Positions 22,971 through 35,300 of a DNA stretch of 64,000 nucleotides are shown in pieces (the first letter of the stretch is position 1; each line of letters begins with the position of its first letter). Below the pieces are notes generated by a model, which saw only the letters and a list, made by a program, of their open reading frames with translations, was not told where the DNA came from and searched no databases. Location: assembly GCA_964187785.1 (NCBI GenBank), contig OZ076416.1, positions 25,792,001-25,856,000 of the forward strand, given 5' to 3'. Made by a program: the position numbers and the translations under genes. Source of the DNA: Amphiscolops sp. MND2022. Taxonomy: Eukaryota.

Positions 22971-25454
22971 CTACGGGTTGGATGCATCATCTGCTCCATT
23001 GCCACCAGATCCGTGGGTATTGCTTGTCGGGTTTCTTCGCAGTCGAGGCCTGCTTGGTCTAGTACTTTTTCTCGCCACGTTTTCAATCGACCTCAGTTGC
23101 GGAGTTTCGCTCGTTTCCGGCTCAACAACAGTTCCAGATGACGTAACAGCAGCGTCATTGCTATCACCAGGTGTCACACTTCGCAGAGCTAGGGTATCGC
23201 TAGCGGGACTTGGGGGCTCACTAGTATCTACTTCCAAGTTGCCTACATTTTGGACCCGGTCCGGAGATTTTGTCCACACTAAGTTGTCGTTATTGGCATG
23301 CATGCCAGATGCAGGTTGACCACTGGAGGACTCCATGGCTTCTATGTTGTAAGTCTCACTTTGAGCTACTACAAATGGTTGTTCAGTTGAAACTATGAAA
23401 CCACCTTCGCTGCTATGCTCAGCTGGAAAGTCGGATCCTATCACTTCTACATGTCCACCTATGGTGCTAGAACTCTGCATGGGTTCCTCAACATAGGCAT
23501 TAAACTCGTCTTGTTCTAACTCGTTAATTTCTTGCTGATTGTCTTCGTTTTGTAACAAAGAGTCATGAGGTTCTAAACTTGCAAATTGAGGTTCAGCGTC
23601 GTTTTCTCCTCCACTCAAACAAATGACGTCATCTTCATCGTTATCCTCGTCGTCACTTTCTCCGTCCTCGTCCTGCTCATTTGTGTCATCCATGTATCCC
23701 ATTTCTTCTCCTTCGTATTCTTCACGTGCAGAAATTTCTCCCACTTCGCATTCATCGTCATCATTTGTGTCGTCAGTCGTCCCGATTGTTTCTTCTATTT
23801 CCTCGTATTGCCCACTCTCGATTACTGACGGCTCTATTGAAGTACATGTATTGCTATCAGCCGCAACCCCAATCGTTTGAATATTTTGTGACCCACCTTC
23901 ATAGTCTTCAGCGGAGCTACCTCTGAAATCGACCTGGAATGCATCAGCTTCATTATCATTCTGAGAAACAGATCGCGTATGTTGACTGAGCACTTCGGCG
24001 GAAGTAACAGAGGACAGATCCGAAGCTGAACTTGAAATGGCTGCGATTGCATCATAAACTGCAATTGGTATTTCAGGTAGTACCATATTTGCTGCGCTGG
24101 AGCTTGCCACGGAGTCGTTGTAAGCACCAGAAGGAATGATAACAGGGTCGACTTCGTTGCTCTCCTCCGTTGCCAGTCGATGTTGAGAAGTACTAGACGT
24201 CATTGGTCGAGACACATTGTCGTCAGCCGAACTAGTGGGTAGAACTCGAGCTCGCTTTCCTCCAGAATGTTCCTCATCGCTTGAAGTTAGCGAGTCCCGA
24301 TTTCGTTTTGCAGTTGATGCAAAACTGCTATCAGCAGGACCACTTTCGCCTCTGTTGACGCCGAAGGAAGTGGCAGGTCTTCCAGAAGTCGAATAAGGAC
24401 CTATCAATGGCGCGCTGATCTGACTTTGCTGCGCACTTGAAGATGAAATTTCTTGTTGCTGCTGATCGGGCGAAACTTGGGCGATAGGGGTCGTTACATT
24501 CAGGTAAGGAGCGGTACTACCTAAATTGCCACCGTATGACGGGTGTAAGTTATATGGTTGTATTGCTGCTGTAGTATCCCCGCCTCGCTCTGAGTTGGAT
24601 ATGGGAAGGTTTATGGGAGTGCGCGAAGTCAATGGCAACACCAGAGCAGAGGTGGTGCTTGCAGTTGCGCCATCGGTGTTTTGGACCATACCGGAATTAT
24701 CAGCAGTTGTTGTGATAATGTCAATGGTTGTGCTGCTAGCCGCACTTGTATGTATCGCAAACTCTTGTGCATGCGGGGGCGTCTGTACGGAACTTATTTC
24801 ACCCACGGTTCGAACTTGCGGTGCAACGCGAGCACTGTTTTGAGGGTTGGCAATTCCAAAAACACTTCCAGTTGGCACAGACGTGGATGGCTGAGGAATC
24901 TGATCAATAGCAGATGACGTATCATTTCCGGAAGACTGGACGCTCTGCATGGGCTGTACGTGAACAACAGTAGTTTGAGGAGCAACGGGTTGAGGAGTTG
25001 GTCGAATGGTGGCCTGTGGAGTTCGTTGAGGCTGTGGTTTTATGTTAGCACTTGGTCGGTCACCAGAACCTTTCGAAGAAGAGTCTGTCCTTTGTTGGCC
25101 AGAAACAGCGAGCTTGGGCTGAGAGGTTGATGGTTGATCATCGTTGAGCAAGCGAACTTCTCGTGGTTTGGTTTTTGCCGCCATTTCTAGAGCCTCAACT
25201 TTAGACTCCAGACTCTCAATTTTGTTCTCGTACTGCAAACACAACTCGCGGAACTTGTCTCGATCTTCCAAATTCTTCTTTGACTCTTCTTTGTTCTTAT
25301 TGACCTCGGTACCCAGATCCGTCTTTTCTTTCTCCAGTCTCGAAATGTCTTCTTTATTATCTGTACATCGCTTCTTCAATGCATTAATAATTTCCAAGTA
25401 CTTCTTTTTCATTGTGGCCATTTTCTCAATGTCCTCTTCAAAGGCTTTGTTTTT
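22971..25454 (-). CDS. TPR: TPR exon 4 (end of coiled coil plus acidic, disordered C-terminus)
   Basis: Acceptor tgtttcag|AAA, open to TAG at 22971. S/T/Q/P-rich then D/E-rich tail, as expected for TPR. Confidence 0.88.
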   Translation of the reverse strand, partial: KNKAFEEDIEKMATMKKKYLEIINALKKRCTDNKEDISRLEKEKTDLGTEVNKNKEESKKNLEDRDKFRELCLQYENKIESLESKVEALEMAAKTKPREVRLLNDDQPSTSQPKLAVSGQQRTDSSSKGSGDRPSANIKPQPQRTPQATIRPTPQPVAPQTTVVHVQPMQSVQSSGNDTSSAIDQIPQPSTSVPTGSVFGIANPQNSARVAPQVRTVGEISSVQTPPHAQEFAIHTSAASSTTIDIITTTADNSGMVQNTDGATASTTSALVLPLTSRTPINLPISNSERGGDTTAAIQPYNLHPSYGGNLGSTAPYLNVTTPIAQVSPDQQQQEISSSSAQQSQISAPLIGPYSTSGRPATSFGVNRGESGPADSSFASTAKRNRDSLTSSDEEHSGGKRARVLPTSSADDNVSRPMTSSTSQHRLATEESNEVDPVIIPSGAYNDSVASSSAANMVLPEIPIAVYDAIAAISSSASDLSSVTSAEVLSQHTRSVSQNDNEADAFQVDFRGSSAEDYEGGSQNIQTIGVAADSNTCTSIEPSVIESGQYEEIEETIGTTDDTNDDDECEVGEISAREEYEGEEMGYMDDTNEQDEDGESDDEDNDEDDVICLSGGENDAEPQFASLEPHDSLLQNEDNQQEINELEQDEFNAYVEEPMQSSSTIGGHVEVIGSDFPAEHSSEGGFIVSTEQPFVVAQSETYNIEAMESSSGQPASGMHANNDNLVWTKSPDRVQNVGNLEVDTSEPPSPASDTLALRSVTPGDSNDAAVTSSGTVVEPETSETPQLRSIENVARKSTRPSRPRLRRNPTSNTHGSGGNGADDASNP

Positions 25455-25976
25455 CTGAAACAACGAAAACTTTAAACAGACACGTATTTTACAAGACTAT
25501 CACTGAGCAGCGGGATATTTTCGGCCCCAAAATAAATTAGCCGCGACATTTTCCGAAGGCTCGAGTGTGAAAACATCTAAAACTTTCAATTCATTTGACG
25601 CCTTGCTTACAAAAAGACAGAAAACAGCCCGAGAGAAATGAGGATTACTTGAAAAATGAAATGACTCAGTAAAACACGATGGCATTTTTGGAGATCTACA
25701 GATTTTTCTTGCATAAGTTCAAATAAAACCGGTTCTAGGGCATTACGCCCAGTGGTTTGAAAGTTTGATCTACAGTAGTAATTTGCCTCTGTAAGGGTAG
25801 GACACTTTATCTTAGAAACTTGCTAAAAACACTCAAAATGAACGGTCTATTGCCAAACTTGATCTTTTTGTATATTTTTGTTAAAAAGGCTATCAAGATG
25901 CAGTCTAATATAAACAGTAGGTTCTAAGCTGATGAACAATAGTGAACTCATCTATATTTCAAAAATTATTTCCTAC

Positions 25977-26345
25977 CTTTTGCAAATTATCTATCTGTAA
26001 CTGCAAACTTTTGGTCCTCACATCGTTTCCACTAGATGCCAAATCAAGACCTCTGTTGGACAAAGTGGTTTCCAATAGCGACGATCGCTTCTGTGTCTCA
26101 TCCAGCGACAACTTGAGTTTTTTCAGCTCCGACTCCAAGGTTTCACATCTGCTTCTCAGTTCGAGATTCTCGCTCTGCAAAAGCACGTCTTTGTTGTCTA
26201 CATTAGCAACTGCAGAGGAACTTTCTCCACTGCTCGCCTGTTTGACTCTCTGCTCCAACGCTAGTTTCGCTTGGGAAAGATCGGCCACCTCTTTGGTGCG
26301 AGCTGTCATCTGAGTTTTCAGAGTCTCGTTTTCTTCCGTCAATTT
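25977..26345 (-). CDS. TPR: TPR exon 3
   Basis: Acceptor ttttgtcag|AAA and donor AAG|GTAGGA, 123 coiled-coil codons, phase 0 at both ends. Confidence 0.85.
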
Positions 26346-26613
26346 CTGACAAAACAAACACTTCTTAACTACATATATTTGAACATATGTGTACACGAAA
26401 GACTTACACGGAACAAATAAAACTATTATATGATGGCCAAGTATGTGCTACTGACTTTTTTCTCGAAATTTTTTCAATTTTTGCTGTTTTATTTTGAAAA
26501 ACTTTATCCAAAAAAGTAATTTACTAAGTTTCTAGAATTTCTCAAATTACAATGACGAAAATCTCAACAAAAGACTCACTCGAACGAGATTCACCTCCAT
26601 CAAACCAACTCAC

Positions 26614-28681
26614 CTTGACACTTTCCAATTGAGTCTTGGCGTACACCTGCAAGTTTTTGTACCTCGTTTGGAGTGACGTAACTTTTTCGGCCGACACCTT
26701 CAGAATTTTATTCTCTTTTTCCATCTCTTCCATTTTGGCTTTTAAGGTCTCATTTTGCTTAGCTAAGGAGGCCTTCTCGGTTTCCAAAGCATTCTTGGCA
26801 GTTCTTAATAAGTTGGATTCGGTGGAAGAAGCTCTGTATTTTTCAGCATAGTCGTTTTTCTCCTTATTGATGTTGAACATTTTGCTTTCGGTCGTTTTAA
26901 GCTCGGCACTCAACCCGACATTCTTAGCCTCCAATTCCTTGACTCGAACCAAAACCTTCTTATGCTCCTCGGCATCAATTTTCGTTATTCGTTCGAGGAG
27001 TTCATTGTTGCGGGCCTTCCACTTTGCAATTTCATCAGTCATTATCTGCACTTCACTGGAGTGAGCTTCGGCATTCAATTGCAGTGTTGCAATTTCATCC
27101 TGCAGAGGTTTCAATGCTGCTTCTTCAGCGCGTTTTTGCCTATGCTTTTCGGCTTTGAGGTCGGAGAGAAGTTGCGCGTTTTCCTTTCGCAGGTACGCGT
27201 TGCTATCTTGCAAAACTAAAATTTGGTCCATTTTCTTTTGCAGTTCTTCCTGTTGCGACAACGCTTGGTAAGTCTTCTGATGTCGCTCTTCTTCCTCTTT
27301 CAACATTGCTTCTAGTTCAGTGACCCGCTTTTGGGTGAATTCTAGCTTCTGGCGAGCTCGTTCACATTCGCCTTGATTCACTTCGTACTTAGCCAGGCAA
27401 ATATCCTTTTCGCGTCTCAAATGACGAATGACCTCAATCAAATTTTCAGTTCCCGGGGGAGGATTCTCAAGTGACCCTTGCACAAGACTGTCATTCAAAC
27501 TCTGGTTCAAACACGATTCCTTTGCTTTATTCAACAAAGCACCCAACTTATCAATCTCTTCCAGTAGAATCTTATTCTGGCTATCTACGTCATCGAGTCG
27601 TTTGCGCCAATCGTCTTCTTTCGTTTTGTAGCTATCCAGATTATTCTGAATCAGGGCTTTCAAGTTGTCAATTTCCTGGTTCAAAGAATTCACTTGAATC
27701 GTCATTTTATCAACTTCCTTGTTTTTCTCCAAAAGCTGAGACTCGGCAGCTGCGACTTGCGAAGACCCATCCGACAACTTCTGCGATGACGTTTCTAGTT
27801 TTTCAGACAGAAGGGCGAGACTTTGAGTCTTATCAGACAGTTGAGATTTCAAGTTGTCAATTTCGCATTTCAGAGCCTTATTGGTTCCCAGAGATTGACT
27901 TAACTGGTTCTCTAGATCGTCACATTTTTTGACAATCTTCGAATGCGATGAATCAGAATTGTCAATCATAGTCTTCAGATCATCCCGCAGCCGGTTGTTA
28001 TCATTTTCCAACTTCGCCATGGTCTGGAACTGGTTCTTCTGGGCATTGCTTTGATCTCTCAGCTGCTTTTCTAAACTATGGATCTTTTCGTTCAAGTGAA
28101 CAGTATCACTGTTATACTTCTGTTCTGACACTTTGCACATTTCTTTGTAGTTCTCAATGTGTTTTTCTAGTGCTGCTTTCTGATTGGTCAAAATCGAGAC
28201 TTCATTATTGGCTCGCTCCAATTTTAGCAAAACATCTCGTAAGTCTTCAACGTCAGTCGAATCCATTGTGAGATCTTTTTTACTGGGAGACTTCGTGGCT
28301 GGAGATATAGGACTTTGTGAAGCTCCACTTGCCCATTTAAAGGCAGAACCATCTGATGTACTTTGTTGAAGCTGTGCCTGCAACGTTGCATTGTCGTTTT
28401 TCAGCTGAACCATTTCAGTGTTGAGGACCAAATACCGATTAGTTTCATTGCTAAGTTTCTCATTTAGCTCCTTCAACTTATCTTCGTACGTTTTCACAGT
28501 TGTTCGACGTTCTGTTTCCATTTCGCGGATTCGCTTCTGTGCCACGTCTAAATTCGACTGCAAAGTACAGATCGTTTTCTGATATCTCAGTTTCTGCTCA
28601 TTCGAATTAAGCTCCAGAGAATTTTTAAGCGAGTCGATGTTGGCCATTAGGGTGCTCTGGACTTTTTTGTCTTCCAACAAC
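26614..28681 (-). CDS. TPR: TPR exon 2
   Basis: Acceptor tttttccag|G and donor AAG|GTGAGT. VIRHLRREKDICLAKYEV and QILVLQDSNAYLRKEN match TPR/Mlp1. Confidence 0.92.
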
Positions 28682-29241
28682 CTGGAAAAATGAACACGCC
28701 TGATTGAAAGCAATATGACTGAATTTGAACTCATAGGGCGAAAAAGACATTTTAGATGGCTTTTTCGACTATTCATTTCTGTTTGAGCTTCCGAACCAAC
28801 CCGGAGAAATCCCTCTGAAAAAACGTCAAGTCAGTGCCCCACTAAAGGTTTCAAAAGTTTTTCAATGAGAAACAGGCTGTTTTCATTGAAATTCTGAAAA
28901 ATCTTGTAGAGTCAAAAAACCCCAACGGGGAACCATTAGTGCTTAAATGAACTTTTTCTTGACTGAAAGTTGATATATCCAAAGGAGCCCTTTGCTATCT
29001 CATAGTTTCGCAGGTCACATAGACACCCACGGAATTTAGGTCGAATTCGGTCGAAAGAGAAAACGTCAAAGTGTTTTCTGCATCCTCCTAATGTAAAACT
29101 CCCACTCAATTTCAATCGCTCGTTCTAACATGAGACCCACAAAAAAGACACCCCGGTTTATAGGACGTTATTCGGCACATTGCGCGATATATAAAGCATA
29201 CCTTATAATGGAAACGTTTCAATAGAACTTGAATGTTTTAC

Positions 29242-31718
29242 CTGTCTCGTTCTCGCACCAAATGTTTCTCCGTATTCTTCAACAACTCTTTCTCACTTTG
29301 CAGAGACTGCAACCGTGCATAAGCGCTGCTGTACTTCTCTTGTGCCGACCTCACTTCAGTGCTGAGAATGTCAATGTTAGACTGCATCTTGGCTTGCGTG
29401 GCAGACATAGCATTCACTTGTTTACGATACTGCTCCAACTCTTTTTGCAATACAGACTCATTCAATTCTTGAAGCTTCACCTTCTCACTCAAGTTCTGGG
29501 CCTCCGAAAGCGCCTTGCTGTTTTGCAGCCTCAAATCCGAATTCTCTTTACTGTATTCACAGCATCTCTCGTTTGCCTTGATTTCGGCGTTTTTGGCCTC
29601 CTCTTTCCATTCTTTGACCTCTTCCTTCAACTGCTGTATAGCATCTTGTAACATTCTACGTTCTTCGTCATGCATGCCTGACTGGGCAAAAGCAGCGCCT
29701 GAAAAACTGACGTTCGAAGACTTGGTCGGACTTTTGGATGAAACTTCAGCGGAGGTTGCTATCGTGTTATTTTGACTTGCAGTTTCTGTACCACTTGAAG
29801 AATCATTCACAGTCGAGGTCTTATCACCGGAACGGGTGCCATCCATCGCTTCCTCCTGCTCGAACAAAACTTTGTACATTTCTTTCTGTTTTTCAGTTCT
29901 GGTCATCAACTCTTTCATAGTGCTCATTTCGTCTTTGTACCTTTCGTTGTCTTCAAGAGCCGCTTTCAGCTTCATTTCCAAATTCTCCAACTTTGTTCGA
30001 TACTTGTCTTGATGTTCGGCTTCTTTTTCATCCGTAATGCAGCGCAAAGCAGCGAGCAGTTGAGTATTTTTCACTTGCAAGTCAATTATATCTGAATACT
30101 TGACTAAGTTCATAGATATTACTTTGTCGCTATCGTTTGCGAAAGTTTCATCATCAATTGCACTTGGGTCCGGAACGGTGTTGCGATCATCAACAAAATT
30201 GGCACCTTTCAGAAGTGCGATTTCTTGCATCAAATGTTGCAGCTGTTTACAAAGGTCTTGCTTAGTTTGCTCTAAAGCAGCGTTTTGCCTCTTCATGAAG
30301 TCATTTGCCCTTTGCAAAGATTCAATTGTGAACTTGGCTTTCTGACTTTGAACCAAAGCAAGATCCAGTTTTTGGGTGAGTTCCGATATTGACACCAAAC
30401 TATTTTCGTAATCTTCTTTTTGCTGCCTCAAAACTGGCGCTTTCTCCTCAATTTCTCCAACGATCTGTTCAATTGCTTTTTGCAGACGCATATTTTCTGC
30501 TTTCTGGATGTCGAACTGCTGAGTTGCATCTACATACTTCGAATACATATCTGTAAACGTGAGCCCCGCTTTCATTTGTTTGCTGATAGCTTCCGCACTG
30601 GGCGACATCTCAATCAATTCTTTACTTTTCTTCGACATATTTATCAGCTCATTGGCTCTTTCTAGCTCCACGGTCAACCGCTCAACTTCTTTCTCAAAAT
30701 CTTCCTTCAAGCTCTCAAATTCGGAGTTTATCTTTTCACGCGACTCTTCAGCTTTATCACGTGCTTCGTTTGCTTCGAAAACCATTCTTTGCAACTCAGC
30801 AACAGCGTTTAACAAGTTTTTGTTCTTAGATTCCGCTTCTTCGTTCGCCTTGCCGTACAATTCCGCTAGTTTCGTCTGATTTTCGATTTCCTTCTGGAAG
30901 TGACTTTCCAGTCCTGCGTTAAACTCGTCCGCATCTCTGAGCTTGTCAATATACCTAGCAACCTGGCCCTCGTATTGTTTGTTCAACTTCGTGGAATCAT
31001 CTAGCTTACTTTTCAAAACGGAGTGCTCTTCTGTTAATTTGTCGAGTTTCTTCTGTACGTCGGACGCAGCAAAGATTTTCTCCCTTCTTAATCTTTGTAT
31101 CTCTTCATGTTTAGACATAATATCGTCGGACTGCTTCTCAATTTGCATATTCAACAGCTCAATTTGATGCTTCAACTGCCCAACTTCAAACCCGTGATTC
31201 TCCTGAGTTGAAACGAACTTTTCGTAATTAGCTTCAGCTTCAATTCGAGCAGTTTCAGCTTTCATCAAATTACTTCTAAGCTTCTTAGTTTCTTCAGACA
31301 AGTATTCGATTTCTTGGCTTCTCGATTCCAAGATCTGATTCAAATCTTGCTTTTCACTTGCCAAGCAGCTTAACTTGCTCTGCAATGTTTCAACAGCTGC
31401 ATTTGCTTCTTTATGATCTTGCCGTAGTTTCAGAACCTCCTTTTTAGTGACCAGACCCTCATCATTGTGGGTTTTAATCTCTTTCGCAAGTTCCTCGCTC
31501 TTTTTTGTTTCCAACTGCAAGTCTTCTTTGGCTTTCAACATTTCCTTTTCAAGTTCATAGTACCTCTGTTCAAACTGCAATTCGCTGTCTTCTAATTTGG
31601 TTGTGGCTGAAGCTAGATCACCTTCCAGCTTTTGCTTCTCGGCAAACAAGTCATCCACACCTTGCTTCACTTCAGGCAGAAGACTGGCCAAAATATCTTC
31701 TGAGAAGTACTTGTCCAT
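29242..31718 (-). CDS. TPR: Nucleoprotein TPR / Megator, exon 1
   Basis: Long coiled coil with TPR hallmarks EQRYYELEK, QKEIENQTKLAELY and LTFTDMYSKY...EQIVGEIEEKAPVLRQQKEDYE. Donor AG|GTAAAA (phase 2). Confidence 0.92.
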
Positions 31719-32167
31719 TGTAGGAAGTTACACCAGCATCAACAATCGATCTCTGGAAGAAAAACAAAAACTATTGGAATGAGCAAATTGAAGTTTGTTC
31801 CTGTAGAATTCATTAAGGACAGAACTTTAGTCGGTGAGTTTATTTTTCGGTACTGATTTTATTGTGCGGAAAGTTGAAAGATGTTGAACTTTGAAATTGG
31901 AACAAATTCAGGAATCGAAGCTACCTAGAAACTATGATTCGAGCTTCGATACATATAAGTGACAAAATTTCGAAACCTTAAAATTGAAAAAAGTCCTCAC
32001 AGTACCGGGGCTGTTGAGCAAGATAAACATGAACTTTTTTTCATTATTTTTCTTGCCAGTAATTTTTTTGTACAATAATTTTCATTGAAATTTTTAGAAG
32101 CTCCATCCCATAACAAAATTAAATGGAAAAATATTCACATCATGCAATGAAGTGCAAAAATTATATA

Positions 32168-32791
32168 TCAAAATTTCTGGATTCTACACAGAGGGTTATC
32201 ATAGACCATTTGCAAGTCCACTTTGTGACCACATAAATCGCGTATATTGTCGAGCTTGTAGTTTATCATTGTGGGTCTTTCCAGAGAGAGTCCAAACCCA
32301 ATTACATTAACACCCTCTGGTATACCCATAGGTAGCAACATCTCAGGTCTGAAGATTCCAGAGTTTCCGATTTCAATCCACTTGTTCAGACCCTCGTGCC
32401 AACTGAATACTTCCATGCTAGGCTCAGTGTACGGGTTGTAGGCTGGTTTGAAGCGAAGTTTTTGCATACCCATCTTACTGAAGAATTCGTACAACATTCC
32501 GATCAGATTGCCCAACGTGATTCCGTAATCTCCGACAACACCCTCTATTTGATGGAACTCTGCTAAATGGGTGGCGTCCAGGGTTTCATTGCGAAAGACA
32601 CGATCGATAGAAAACAACTTGGTGGGCTTGAAAGTCCCACTTTCCTTCGCCTCTTGTGCTAGTTTATACAGCATTCTAGAAGAAACGGCCGTAGTGTGAG
32701 TTCGTAAAACATTCTTCATAGAATCCTCTTCACTCCAGTCGTATTGATACCCAATCGATCCAAATCCACCGACAGCGTGAACAGTTTTCAC
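32168..32791 (-). CDS. FARSA: Phenylalanyl-tRNA synthetase alpha subunit, terminal exon
   Basis: [70 protein letters not shown]. Acceptor cattag|GTG. Confidence 0.97.
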   Translation of the reverse strand: MKTVHAVGGFGSIGYQYDWSEEDSMKNVLRTHTTAVSSRMLYKLAQEAKESGTFKPTKLFSIDRVFRNETLDATHLAEFHQIEGVVGDYGITLGNLIGMLYEFFSKMGMQKLRFKPAYNPYTEPSMEVFSWHEGLNKWIEIGNSGIFRPEMLLPMGIPEGVNVIGFGLSLERPTMINYKLDNIRDLCGHKVDLQMVYDNPLCRIQKF

Positions 32792-32876
32792 CTAATGCAT
32801 AAAAACATATATTATAATTTGTACAACAGAAGCCATTACTTAGACTTAAAAATGTTTCGAGTGGTTGAATCTAGGA

Positions 32877-33049
32877 ACACTCAACTCCGCTTAAAACGAT
32901 TGGCTGGGACCGGTGTTTTTTTCAATAGTTATATCCGAATATCGTTATAAGCGAAAATCGTTATATACTAGCATCGTGACCGGGACCGTGAAACTCGCTA
33001 TAACCGGAATATCGTTATAAACGTAATCGTAATAAACGGAAATGAGTGC
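32877..33049. mobile_element. Decayed pogo/Tigger-like MITE
   Basis: Imperfect inverted ends CACTCAACTCCGCTTAAAACGAT / ATCGTAATAAACGGAAATGAGTG, with internal ATCGTTATA repeats. Confidence 0.55.
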
Positions 33050-33829
33050 AGTTACATGAATTGAAAAAATTGAGATTAGAATATTTAGCTAGCTTCGTAT
33101 CGATATATATCCAGAGAGAAGCCTTAAAATAGAAAAACCGGTAGTGCCAAAAACTAAGGGGGAAATCACCACAAAGATATCATCTAGTATCACGCGCACA
33201 TGCTTAGCCAGACGAAAATGAAACTCTCTATCACAAACTCAGTTCATTGACTCATTATGAACCTGGCAGAAAGTATGGAATACAAAACAGGATGAAAAAT
33301 ACTTCTTTCTACATAACATCCGAATTAAACAATGTTTTTGTTTTTGCACAGAAATCAAGGACACGTTTCTGACAATTCATTTCGCACTAGAAAAGTCACT
33401 GTCAGCCGAAGATTTTTCGGGAGTTTCCAGAAATATAAGCAATTGAAGAAAGCCGTTCGTTTCTTCTGTTTTTTTTTCATCTTAAAAATGATAAAAGAAC
33501 CGCGTGTGCCGAACTCGGTGTTTGCTGTGGAAAGACATTTTGTGCTCTTATTACAAGGAGGGCGTGTCAGAAAAGAGTTTGGGTCTCAGTACGCTGCAAA
33601 GCCTCATTGCAGTTTCAATAACGGTCACATAAAATTTGGAAATTATTGGTAAGTGGATTGTAATTTATGAATGAGGACAATGTATCACAAACTATATTGA
33701 TGGTCGGAAATTACTTGGTTCCACGGAAAGACCCGAGGGATTGTCAGATTTATGACAACCCTCTCTCGTGAACTATAACACTGATAGATGACTCTACAAT
33801 TACTTGTTGACGGCGTTTCGACTTGCAGT

Positions 33830-35300
33830 CTGAGACAGAGATCGGAACTACGTAGAAAAACAAATTATCTTGATCCTAATTGAGATTATCGCGTCCAAGA
33901 AACATTCTGAATCTTTTCCGTTGATTTTTTCAGCTAGTCGGGTGACTACTTTCGTGGCTGATGGTCCAGCGCCACCTGTACGCGCAAAGACTAGGGGGTT
34001 AAGGTTACTTTTCTCAAGCTTTATTATTCTGGTTTTTGAGAGATTCATGAAACATATGCCTCGTTGAAATCTTTGGGATATGTTCTGGCGAGTGGGTTGA
34101 CAATTTGACGTCAAAAAAGTTCTACAGAAACGAGAGTACCAAAGCACGTTTGTACGCTAGTGTCGCATCTGGGTATACCCTCCTTTGTTGTATTGGAGGG
34201 AACGTGAGAGCCTGAAAACATCACGGGGACACATTACCGGTGTTTTCAGTGGTTCCCACTCATAGCGCAGAGGTAAACCGTAGCGGAATTCTTTTCTCGA
34301 TAGATCAAAATAATATCGTTTGAGCAGCAGAGCGTTGAGCCAGCTTGATAGATCCAGTGGGCATCGTTGCTTTTCATCGAGTTCAGTTCTGCCGTCCGCC
34401 ATAAGCAAGAAAAAAGGTTCATCAGTGATGTCACGTCGGCCCTTTATTGCTGTGATCAAGTGCTCCTTGACTTTCCTTTCCGTTCCTCCGAAATTATCTT
34501 TGAAATTAGGGGTCGTACGCCCTACAATCTGATTGTATTCACTTTGTTTCTGAATTTGTTGCGAACAGATTCTGATACTATTACCGAGGGTCTAACTTCA
34601 ATTACTGAGTTCATCAATTTTAACCTCTGCTCTGTCGAATAGATTTTGAGCTTGTTTTATGTGTTCGGTTTTTGCAATGTTGCTATACCTTGCTAGTATG
34701 TAGCCGAAAGCCGGTCCGTGCTATTTCAATGCTATGAACTCCAAGGATCTCGAACTGTTTCCTGAAACTGTGTATAGCATGTTCGATTTCGCATTTCTGA
34801 CCGAGATAAGTTGTTGATTTTTGTTCAAGAGCTTCACAGCGCAGTATGCATTTTCCTATGATCCGCCTGGGAACTTCTCCAACCGCAAATAGCCGCAACC
34901 CTGGGATCTTGTCAAGGGGTATCAAACGACAGGTATTGTACAGCCTCAGTATTTCACTATCAATTTCTTCAAGAGCGATCCTCACAAATACGAAAAATGT
35001 AATTGCTTTGATTCCGGTAAAAGATACAGTTCTTAGTAAAGAAAAAACATAGAAAGCGATCCGACAAATACCCTCTCGATGACGTTCCTAGGATACTTCG
35101 AGAACCTATTACTAGAATAGTCCGGGCTTCAACAACTAAGTTAGGAACCAACACTATAAGCATTCTCTGTCTTCTTCTCTTTCATTATCCAATTTCAATT
35201 AGCCTAATTGTTGTGATAAACTTATTAAATAGGCTTCTCCCTTTCTTTTTCACAAACTTGATCTGTTTCATATCCTTATGCGCGCTGGGCCTGAACAAAC
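33830..35300 (-). mobile_element. Old, internally deleted CRE-like non-LTR retrotransposon (antisense to the young copy)
   Basis: Frameshifted fragments: VPNLVVEART; LIPLDKIPGLRLFAVGEVPRRIIGK; GQKCEIEHAIH; SSWLNAL..KR..F.LSRKEFRYGLPLRY.WEP; KGGYTQMRH; NPLVFARTGGAG. Confidence 0.8.

Noticed and set aside
22815-31782. Many plus-strand ORFs over TPR (for example 22978-23319, 27471-27932, 29229-29651)
   Set aside because: Antisense shadows of a long coding sequence with no motifs. The same applies to those over BEL pol, CRE and FARSA.
33735-33765. Hairpin GAGGGATTGTCA…TGACAACCCTC as a Helitron 3' end
   Set aside because: No CTRR terminus at the expected distance and no other Helitron features.
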